The notes beneath the pieces are model-generated. The model was not told the origin of the DNA. It ran no database searches and saw only the letters and a program-made list of their open reading frames with translations. Positions 48,407-55,803 of a stretch of 56,154 nt of DNA are shown here, one piece after another (positions within the stretch are counted from its first letter, which is position 1; every line of letters starts with the position of its first letter). Made by a program: the position numbers and the translations under genes. Source of the stretch: Bacilli bacterium (GTDB lineage Bacteria; Bacillota_I; Bacilli_A; RFN20; DUOF01); the NCBI GenBank assembly GCA_045612885.1, contig JAZKZZ010000005.1:1-56154 (forward strand). The letters are read 5' to 3'.

Positions 48407-49192
48407 ATGCTAAATGAAAGTAAAAGAAAAGCTATGTTGGAATTAATTGAGTTTAATCCAATGAAATTAAGATACTTGGGTAAAGAATATAATAATGATA
48501 GAGAAATAGTATTAAGAGCAGTTAATAGTAATGGTAAAGCTTTAGCATTTGCAAGCGATAGATTAAAAGATGATAAAAAAGTTGTTATGGCTGCTGTAGA
48601 AAATGATGGTAATGCACTAATGTTTGCAAGTGATAGATTAAAGAAGGATAGTGAAATTGTATATATTGCAGTTAATGAGTCTGGATTTGCACTAGAACAT
48701 GCAAGTGAAGAGTTAAGAAATGATAAAGTAATAGTTTCTGCTGCAGTTAAAAGACATGGTAGTGCAATACAATTTGCAAGTGAAGAATTAAAATCAGATA
48801 TTAAAATAGTAAAAGATGCTTTATTGAACGATGGATGTGCTTTAATGTATTTAAATGATGAATTAAAAAGTAATAAAGAGATTGTTCTTTTAGCAGTTAA
48901 TCAAAACGGGTTTGCTTTAGAGCATGCAAGTGAAGAGTTAAGAAATGATAAGGAAGTAGTAATAGCAGCAGTTAAGCAAAGAATTCCTAAGAATATGATT
49001 ATTGCTAAAATGCGTAAAAGATTTGTATTGGACTATATTGGAGAAAAATTAAAGAATGATAAAGAATTTATATTAGAACTAGTAAAATTGGATCCATATG
49101 CTATAGAGTATGTTGATATTGCATTTAAAAATGATCCTGATGTAAAGAAAGCAATAAAAGACGCAAAGGAAAATAATAAAAAGAGAAGATAA
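48407..49192 (+). CDS. DUF4116-like repeat protein B (about 9 repeats)
   Basis: AAGGTGGTG RBS. 24-aa cap MLNESKRKAMLELIEFNPMKLRYL, then 25-aa units. One unit carries a 12-aa insertion. Confidence 0.8.
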   Translation: MLNESKRKAMLELIEFNPMKLRYLGKEYNNDREIVLRAVNSNGKALAFASDRLKDDKKVVMAAVENDGNALMFASDRLKKDSEIVYIAVNESGFALEHASEELRNDKVIVSAAVKRHGSAIQFASEELKSDIKIVKDALLNDGCALMYLNDELKSNKEIVLLAVNQNGFALEHASEELRNDKEVVIAAVKQRIPKNMIIAKMRKRFVLDYIGEKLKNDKEFILELVKLDPYAIEYVDIAFKNDPDVKKAIKDAKENNKKRR

Positions 49193-49208
49193 CCTCTTCT
49201 CTTTTTTT
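49182..49208 (+). terminator. intrinsic terminator
   Basis: AGAGAAGA-TAACC-TCTTCTCT followed by a T-run. Overlaps the stop codon. Confidence 0.75.
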
Positions 49209-49212
49209 ATGA

Positions 49213-49241
49213 TTGACAATATTTAATAGGTACTTTAAAAT
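49213..49241 (+). promoter_or_regulatory. candidate promoter (TTGACA - 17 nt - TAAAAT)
   Basis: Hexamers at 49213-49218 and 49236-49241. Confidence 0.55.
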
Positions 49242-49275
49242 TTAGTTAGCAACAGTTTTATTGGTGGTGATTAAA

Positions 49276-50268
49276 TTGCTAAGTTTACAAGACAAGAAGA
49301 TTGCTATTAGATTAACACAATTGAATACTCGTGCTTTAAGTTTATTAAATGAAGAATGTAAAAGAGATAAGGATATAGTTTTAGCTGCAATTAAAAAGAA
49401 TCCAAGTGCGCTAGAGTATGCAAGTGATGAATTGAAAAATAATAAAAAGTTTATATTAATTGCATTAACTTATACTAATATAAGTTTAAAGCATGTTAAT
49501 GATAAGTTAAAAGATGATAAAGAGATAGTTTATAAAGCTACAATGAACTCTCCTTTTAATTTGCAATATGCAAGTGAAGAGTTAAAAAATAATAAAGAGT
49601 TTATACTAGATATAATTGATAAAAATGTTATGCCTTTATCTTATGTAAGCGAAGAACTAAAAGATGATAGAGATGTTATTTTAAAAGCAATAGAAAAATT
49701 TCCTCCATCATTTGAATTCGCAAGTGAAAGATTAAGAAATGATAAAGAGATAGTGTATATCGCTGCTTTAAAATTTGCTGGATTATTGCGTAATGCAAGT
49801 AAAGAGTTAAAGAAAGATAGAGATTTTATGTTGTCTATAATAAAAGACTGTCCCTATGCTATGATATATGTAGATAAAAAATTAAAAGATGATGATAACT
49901 TTGTAATAGAAGCAATAAAATTAAATATCAAAGCTTCATTGTTTGCTCCACTTAGATTTTGGAATTATAAATGGTTTATATTATCTTTAATAGAAAATAA
50001 GTTGATTAGTACAAGAAAATTATCTATAGGAGATGATTTGAAAAATGATAGAGAGATTGCACTTAGAGCGCTTGAAGCAGGGTGGTTACCTCTTGTTTTA
50101 GAAGAATTTAGTGAAGAGGTTAGAAATGATAAGGAATTTATTTTAGAAGCTATTGAAATCAATAAAGGTATAGTGAATTATATTGGTGAAGAATTAAAGA
50201 AAGATTCTGATATAAATACTCTTATTGAAGAAAATAAAAACGATTTTAGAGTTTATATAAGAAAATAA
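49276..50268 (+). CDS. DUF4116-like repeat protein C (about 12 divergent repeats), probable TTG start
   Basis: GGTGGTG lies 6 nt before TTG-49276. That start gives a 24-aa cap (LLSLQDKKIAIRLTQLNTRALSLL) collinear with the caps of A and B. The track start TTG-49261 lies inside the RBS. Confidence 0.7.
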   Translation: MLSLQDKKIAIRLTQLNTRALSLLNEECKRDKDIVLAAIKKNPSALEYASDELKNNKKFILIALTYTNISLKHVNDKLKDDKEIVYKATMNSPFNLQYASEELKNNKEFILDIIDKNVMPLSYVSEELKDDRDVILKAIEKFPPSFEFASERLRNDKEIVYIAALKFAGLLRNASKELKKDRDFMLSIIKDCPYAMIYVDKKLKDDDNFVIEAIKLNIKASLFAPLRFWNYKWFILSLIENKLISTRKLSIGDDLKNDREIALRALEAGWLPLVLEEFSEEVRNDKEFILEAIEINKGIVNYIGEELKKDSDINTLIEENKNDFRVYIRK

Positions 50269-50299
50269 AAAAACTTGTGTGTAAAAGGCAGAATATAAT

Positions 50300-50328
50300 T
50301 TGACTTTAATATTTTTTTTATTTAGAAT
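50300..50328 (+). promoter_or_regulatory. candidate promoter (TTGACT - 17 nt - TAGAAT)
   Basis: Hexamers at 50300-50305 and 50323-50328. Confidence 0.5.
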
Positions 50329-50387
50329 TAACTAAAGAACTAATTTACATTTTTAGCAGTTTTTGTTCAATGAAGGAGGTTTTTTAA

Positions 50388-51236
50388 ATGACAACTAGAG
50401 AAGAAATATTATCATATTTAGAAAAAGGAGATAAATATAGTGTTATGGTTATGCTTGCGGCAAATAAAAAGGAATTTGAATCTGATAGAGAGATAATTTT
50501 ACAAGCAGTTATACTTGATTCTAATCTTTTAAGATATGCAAGTGAAAAGTTGAAAGATGATCCAGAAATAGTAATGGCAGCAGTTAATCAAGATGGACTT
50601 GCTTTAGAACATGCAAGCGCGAGGTTACAAGATGATCCAGAAATAGTAATGGCAGCAGTTAATCAATATGGACTTGCTTTAGAACATGCAAGCGCGAGGT
50701 TACAAGATGATCCAGAAATAGTAATGGCAGCAGTAAAAAATGGACCCGCCAGGACATTGCGTTTTGCAAGTGAAAGATTAAGAAATGATAAAGAAACAGT
50801 GCTTGCTGCAATTGATCACCGTCCTGGTGCACTTATGTATGCGTCCTCAGAATTAAAAGATGATAAAGAAGTAGTTACAAGAGCAGTATTAAAACAAGGA
50901 ACAACACTTGAATATGCAGGTCCAGGATTGAAAGACTATAAGGCAATAGTATTATTGGCAGTTAACCAAGATGGACTTGCTTTAGAACATGCAAGCGCGA
51001 GGTTACAAGATGATCCGGAAGTAGTACTAGCAGCAGTTAGGAATTCTGGTGCTGCGATAGAACATGCTTCTCCTCGTTTGCAAAGTCATATTGATGTAGT
51101 ATTGGCGTCTTTACGTTCATCCAAAGATGCATTTAAATATATGTCAAAAGAAGCAAGAGAAAAGTTAGGAGAAATAGTATCTATTGTAAATGAAAAATCA
51201 GATGATAAGAAAATTTCTAATTCAAATAATCGCTAA
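50388..51236 (+). CDS. DUF4116-like repeat protein D (about 9 repeats, DDPEIVMAAV subtype)
   Basis: RBS AAGGAGG. Units such as SARLQDDPEIVMAAVNQDGLALEHA. No signal peptide. Confidence 0.8.
   Translation: MTTREEILSYLEKGDKYSVMVMLAANKKEFESDREIILQAVILDSNLLRYASEKLKDDPEIVMAAVNQDGLALEHASARLQDDPEIVMAAVNQYGLALEHASARLQDDPEIVMAAVKNGPARTLRFASERLRNDKETVLAAIDHRPGALMYASSELKDDKEVVTRAVLKQGTTLEYAGPGLKDYKAIVLLAVNQDGLALEHASARLQDDPEVVLAAVRNSGAAIEHASPRLQSHIDVVLASLRSSKDAFKYMSKEAREKLGEIVSIVNEKSDDKKISNSNNR
50556..50734 (+). repeat. 2.4 copies of a 75-bp direct repeat with a single mismatch
   Basis: 50556-50630 and 50631-50705 differ only at CAAGATGG versus CAATATGG. The first 29 nt recur at 50706-50734, and a further partial copy lies at 50959-51016. 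Confidence 0.95.
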
Positions 51237-51237
51237 T

Positions 51238-51264
51238 AAAGGGAAGTTAGACTTCCTTTTTTTA
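51238..51264 (+). terminator. intrinsic terminator
   Basis: AAAGGGAAGT-TAG-ACTTCCTTT followed by a T-run. Confidence 0.8.
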
Positions 51265-51321
51265 TTTTTGGTATATTCAAGGAATATTGATAATAAACTT
51301 AAGTAGTAAGTGAGGGAAAAT

Positions 51322-52308
51322 ATGAAAAAGTTTAAGAAGAAATATTTCTTTTTGTTTTGTTTACCACTAATAATAGGAGGTAGTATTTTAAGCGTAGTTT
51401 TATTGAATAATAAAGTTAATGAAGGAATTAGTCAGGAATTTGTAATTGATATTTCAGATAAGAATTATCGTAAAGTGTATTTACTTGACGAAAATAAGTT
51501 TTTAATTCCTTTATCAGTAGATGTAAGTGGCAAAGATTATATTGTGGATGAAATATATACCGTGGTTAGTAATTTAAGGGATTTAGAGGTTGAAGGATTT
51601 ACTAGTGTTATTGCCAAAGATGTAAAGATTAATAGAATAGAGTTAGAGAATGGAATATTAAATATTGATTTTTCTAAAGAGTTTTTGACATATCAAAATG
51701 ATTTAGAGGAAAAGATCATTGAGTCGTTAACATGGAGTGTTTTAGATTTTAGTGAAGTTAATGGATTAACTATTAGTGTAGAGGGTGTTAAATTAGAAAA
51801 GATGCCTATTAATGGACTTAAGTTACCTAATGTTTTAGATAAAAGTATCGGAATTAATAAGTATCATGATATGATCAATGATTATAATGGTAGTGATAAT
51901 GTTGTTTTATTATATGAAAAGGTGATTGGAAATAATAGTTATTATGTTCCTGTAACAAGAAGAGTAGTAAAAGAAAATGAGGAAGTAATGACCATTATGA
52001 ATAATATTGATAATAAGATTGGTGTTTTATCTGGTCTTAAGCAAATAGAGGTTGTTAAAAATTTGAGTGATAGTATATTTAGTTATAGTGATAGTCAAGT
52101 AAGTGTTAATTTAGATGAAGATTTTTTGATTGAAGATAGTTTAATTGATAAAGAACTGTATGAAGTGATTATGGTAACACTACAATATAACGAAATAGAA
52201 AGTAAGGTTGGATTTGTAATAAATGAAGAAAGTGTGAGTGTATCTGGATATCAAAATATTGATGCTAGTGAAGTTAATAACATTATTTTTAATGAAGTAG
52301 AAGTTTAA
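51322..52308 (+). CDS. gerM: GerM-like protein (two GerMN-type domains, N-terminal membrane anchor)
   Basis: N-terminal hydrophobic anchor. Two ~110-aa modules with a GerMN-like pattern (..ENGILNIDFSKEF...EEKIIESLTWSVLDFSEVNGLTISVEG). ATG-51322 follows GAGGGAAAA. Confidence 0.6.
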   Translation: MKKFKKKYFFLFCLPLIIGGSILSVVLLNNKVNEGISQEFVIDISDKNYRKVYLLDENKFLIPLSVDVSGKDYIVDEIYTVVSNLRDLEVEGFTSVIAKDVKINRIELENGILNIDFSKEFLTYQNDLEEKIIESLTWSVLDFSEVNGLTISVEGVKLEKMPINGLKLPNVLDKSIGINKYHDMINDYNGSDNVVLLYEKVIGNNSYYVPVTRRVVKENEEVMTIMNNIDNKIGVLSGLKQIEVVKNLSDSIFSYSDSQVSVNLDEDFLIEDSLIDKELYEVIMVTLQYNEIESKVGFVINEESVSVSGYQNIDASEVNNIIFNEVEV

Positions 52309-52339
52309 GTAGGTTACTTTGTAATCTACTTTTCTTTTT
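52307..52339 (+). terminator. intrinsic terminator
   Basis: AAGTAGGTTA-CTTTG-TAATCTACTT (one G-T pair) followed by a T-rich tract. Confidence 0.6.
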
Positions 52340-52379
52340 AAAAAATATTGTTTGTGTTAGAATACTAGCGGTGATTATA

Positions 52380-53945
52380 ATGAATGAGTTACTAGAAAAG
52401 TATTATAAAAGCGATAATGAAAAAGAGAGAGTAGAATTAATAGATGAGATGCTTATTGACTATGAGCATTATTTAGAATTGGTTTTAAATAATATCCTTG
52501 AAGCAAAAGAATTAAGAAGCAATGCTTATTTATTAAATCTAATGAGTAGAAAAAAGAGAGTAAATGATTATTTAAAGACTAGATTTAATAGAAAGCATTT
52601 TAATGTTCTTATAAGTGATAGTGATCCTAAGTGTAGAAAAAATTTATATATATTTATGGGGAACTTTTTAAGTAGTGAATTTGTAATAGATTTAATTAAA
52701 GCACTTAGAAATGAAAGTGTAAACTATTGTATTTCTTCCCTTATTTTGGCATTGGGAAATTATAATATTAAGAATATTGATGAAGTTATAAATAGATATC
52801 TTGATTTATTAAATATCAAATTAGAACATAAAGAAATTGAAGAAGTTCATTATAATGAGATTGTTAAGAGTATAAATAAAGTTTTAAATAAAAATATAAA
52901 AGTTAGTAAACATACTTTTTTGGGTTTAAAGAGTGAAAAAAAGCTACTTTTAACATGTATGAAACCTTTAATAAATGCTTCTTTTAATGATATTAAGCAA
53001 GAGTTTAAGGATGCTAGTAAATTTTATGATGGAGTAGTTATAAGAACTAATGATTTAGATAGGGTTTATAAGATTAGAACTTTTTATGAAGCGCTAATAA
53101 TGCATGAAACTTGTACTAATTTAAGTTTTGATTTATTAATTAATAATATTAAAAGTTTCTTAGATAGTAATTTTCTTTTTGAAACTCATTTAGAAAAACA
53201 TGCTTTTAGTTATAGAATAGAGTATATTTCTAGCAAGAACAAAGCTTTGAAAGTGGATTTATATAATAGAATTAATGAGTTTATAAATAAATCTTACAAA
53301 GATAAATATTTTAATAATCCTTCTTCATATGAATTTGAGATTAGAGTTATTGATAATGAAAATAATAATTATGATGTTTTTTATAAGTTATATACTTATA
53401 ATGATAATAGATTTGAATATAGAAAAAGAGATCTACCTGCTTCGATAAATGGTGTTAGCGCTGCGATTATGTTAAAGGAAGTAAGTAAGTATTTAAAAGA
53501 GGGAAATAGTGTTTTAGATCCATTCTGTGGTACTGCTACTATGTTAATTGAAAGAAGTTATCTTTCTAATTGTAAATTGTATGGTGTTGATATTAATAAA
53601 GAGGCAATAGAGTATGCTACTACTAATAGCAAATTTGCTCACAAGAGTGTAAATTTGTACTGTAGCAATTGTCTTACTCATATTGGAAGTTATGATGAGA
53701 TTATTTCAAATATGCCTTATGGTAATAGGGTTGGAACTCACATTTCTAATGAATCGTTATATGCTGATTTTATAGATAAATTAACAGACTTATTAAATGA
53801 AAATGGTGTTGCTATTTTATTAACTAGTGAGATTAGTTTAACTAAAAGATTAGTTAAGGGAAGAGAAGATTTAAGATTAGTAGATGATATTTATACTGAA
53901 ACTGGAGGGTTAACACCACACTTATTTATAATTAAAAAAGTTTGA
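52380..53945 (+). CDS. THUMP/UPF0020-type SAM-dependent RNA methyltransferase with long N-terminal helical extension
   Basis: C-terminal half has LDPFCGTATMLIE (motif I) and SNMPYGNRVG (NPPY-like motif IV). The N-terminal ~190 aa are helical and unassigned. The start could be ATG-52380 or GTG-52371. Confidence 0.7.
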   Translation: MNELLEKYYKSDNEKERVELIDEMLIDYEHYLELVLNNILEAKELRSNAYLLNLMSRKKRVNDYLKTRFNRKHFNVLISDSDPKCRKNLYIFMGNFLSSEFVIDLIKALRNESVNYCISSLILALGNYNIKNIDEVINRYLDLLNIKLEHKEIEEVHYNEIVKSINKVLNKNIKVSKHTFLGLKSEKKLLLTCMKPLINASFNDIKQEFKDASKFYDGVVIRTNDLDRVYKIRTFYEALIMHETCTNLSFDLLINNIKSFLDSNFLFETHLEKHAFSYRIEYISSKNKALKVDLYNRINEFINKSYKDKYFNNPSSYEFEIRVIDNENNNYDVFYKLYTYNDNRFEYRKRDLPASINGVSAAIMLKEVSKYLKEGNSVLDPFCGTATMLIERSYLSNCKLYGVDINKEAIEYATTNSKFAHKSVNLYCSNCLTHIGSYDEIISNMPYGNRVGTHISNESLYADFIDKLTDLLNENGVAILLTSEISLTKRLVKGREDLRLVDDIYTETGGLTPHLFIIKKV

Positions 53946-54003
53946 AATTCTATTAATAGGATTTAGTTTTAGTATATAATTATTAGGTAAGGGAGAGATA
54001 TAG

Positions 54004-54879
54004 ATGGACGATTTATATGGATACCTATTAAAAGATGAGCAATTAAGGGGTATGTTTGAAAATTGGGGATATGAAGATAAAGTAATTGTTTCTAGGTGCA
54101 ATGACCTATTAACTAAGATTAAGAGTTATCTATATATCTTTGATTATCCTAGTGTAAAAGATGGTGCTAGTAAAGATAGTACTTTTAATGATGCGTGTTT
54201 GAATAACATCTTACAAATTAGAAAATTATTAACTCTTTTACCTAAAGCTCATGTCGAAGCATTACAAAGATTGGGTATTATAGTTATCGCTCCAACTGAA
54301 ATAAGAGTAAATCCATTTATTCCTTTTAATGATATTGTACTTAAAAATATGGAAAAAGTTTTTGCTGACATTCTAGGATTACAAAGTGAAGTTAAAGATG
54401 AAGTGAAAGCAAATTCAAGGTTTAAAGTAATAATTAGAGGAATTGATTTTAAACGTGATAGTGATTTAGAAAAAATTAAAGGTAGATTAGAACAGATGAC
54501 TGAAACTGGCAATGTTAATCTAATTAAAGATGTTTTAAGTTTGTTTAACTTTGTAGAAAGATTAGATTATCATCTTCAAAGATGCGAAGTTAATAACTTT
54601 AGAGATTTTACTAATGATAGGGCATGTATGGACGCTGTTTCTTATACAATAATTGAAGCTTTAAAATGTTTAACTAGAGCAAGTGAAGATACTAAAAAAT
54701 ATTATGAGGGGTTAGGAATAGATTTAGTTTCATTATCTAGGATACATGTAGCAATTGTTAAAAGAGGAATAAGTCCTTTTGAACATGTTAATGAAAACTA
54801 TTATGTAGAAGAGTTATGGAGTCAAATCAAGGTAGTTACAGATTCAACTTTTGCTCTTGCAGAAATTGCATTAAGGTAG
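54004..54879 (+). CDS. hypothetical protein with possible C-terminal HEPN-like motif
   Basis: 291-aa ORF with RBS GGGAGAG. The C-terminus reads ..MDAVSYTIIEALKCLT...RGISPFEH(VNENYYVEELW), i.e. Rx6H at 54763-54786. Confidence 0.55.
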   Translation: MDDLYGYLLKDEQLRGMFENWGYEDKVIVSRCNDLLTKIKSYLYIFDYPSVKDGASKDSTFNDACLNNILQIRKLLTLLPKAHVEALQRLGIIVIAPTEIRVNPFIPFNDIVLKNMEKVFADILGLQSEVKDEVKANSRFKVIIRGIDFKRDSDLEKIKGRLEQMTETGNVNLIKDVLSLFNFVERLDYHLQRCEVNNFRDFTNDRACMDAVSYTIIEALKCLTRASEDTKKYYEGLGIDLVSLSRIHVAIVKRGISPFEHVNENYYVEELWSQIKVVTDSTFALAEIALR

Positions 54880-54890
54880 GGTGAATATAT

Positions 54891-55646
54891 ATGAAAAAAT
54901 TTAAAATTTTATCAGCATTTGTAGTACTTGGTTGCTTAATTAGCGGTTGTGGATGTAATAAGGCTAATGAAGAAACATATTCTAAGGCTGTCTCAACTTA
55001 TACTAACAGTGATGCTATATCTTTTTCAAGATTAGAGATTGTTTCTACAAAAGGGCAAGACACTGAATTAAGAAAGATGATTAATGCAAAGTTTATTTTC
55101 AATTCCGATAATAATGTTAGTAAAATGCAATATTCTAGAAGCGATAAGGAAACAGGCCAAATTGGAAGTGCTACTCAACCAAAGACTACAACTTATTACT
55201 ATAGTTCTAATGATGGGCATGTTTATACATATATTAAACCTGATGAAACTCAATTTGAGAGATATAAGGAAGCTGTGGCATCTTATGAGGATAAGTTTAA
55301 TGTAAACACATGCGAAGATAATGATAAGGATTGTGCTTTGTTAACAAGAACTAATATTGCGCCAATATTTAATTTAAATGAAGTAAGTGATTTTAATATT
55401 ACTGGTGATGGTGTAGCAACATTTAAAGCAGTTTGTCCTAGTTTTGAGCATTGTTCTAGTAATAGTGAAGTTTTAGAGTATAGAGTTGAGTTAAATAATG
55501 ATGGTAATATTGGAATAGTAGAGTATCAAATAGTAAATGGAGACACTACATATTCTATTAAGTATGTATTTGATGGATATGGAAGTAATAATGTTAAAAT
55601 TACTTTCCCAGAAGATTTAAAAAATTATCCATTGCTTAAAAAATAA
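54891..55646 (+). CDS. lipoprotein of unknown function
   Basis: Signal peptide with lipobox LISG|C. Ser/Thr/Asn-rich mature part. No family recognised. Confidence 0.7.
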   Translation: MKKFKILSAFVVLGCLISGCGCNKANEETYSKAVSTYTNSDAISFSRLEIVSTKGQDTELRKMINAKFIFNSDNNVSKMQYSRSDKETGQIGSATQPKTTTYYYSSNDGHVYTYIKPDETQFERYKEAVASYEDKFNVNTCEDNDKDCALLTRTNIAPIFNLNEVSDFNITGDGVATFKAVCPSFEHCSSNSEVLEYRVELNNDGNIGIVEYQIVNGDTTYSIKYVFDGYGSNNVKITFPEDLKNYPLLKK

Positions 55647-55698
55647 TATTAAAATGACTTGCAGTTATAAGGATTCTCCCTTATAATAATAGTCGTGT

Positions 55699-55775
55699 GT
55701 CGACGTAGCTCAGTTGGATAGAGCAACGGCCTTCTAAGCCGTAGGTCATGGGTTCGAATCCCTTCGTCGACACCA
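55699..55775 (+). tRNA. tRNA-Arg (anticodon TCT), CCA encoded
   Basis: Hand-folded cloverleaf. Acceptor GTCGACG/CGTCGAC, D-arm GCTC..GAGC, anticodon stem ACGGC/GCCGT with loop CTTCTAA, T-arm ATGGG-TTCGAAT-CCCTT (one U-U mismatch), discriminator A plus CCA. 77 nt. Confidence 0.92.
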
Positions 55776-55803
55776 TTTTGTTTATAAAAAACATGGAGGA
55801 CAT

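Noticed and set aside
55084-55305. Alternative-frame + strand ORF (and minus-strand ORF 55068-55253) inside the lipoprotein gene
   Set aside because: Nested in a CDS that has a canonical signal peptide, lipobox and RBS. No independent signals.
55699-55775. tRNA-Arg as an integration site marking 52.3-55.6 kb as a genomic island
   Set aside because: No integrase or recombinase, no direct repeat of the tRNA 3' end, and no phage or plasmid genes seen in the window. This cannot be supported from the sequence.
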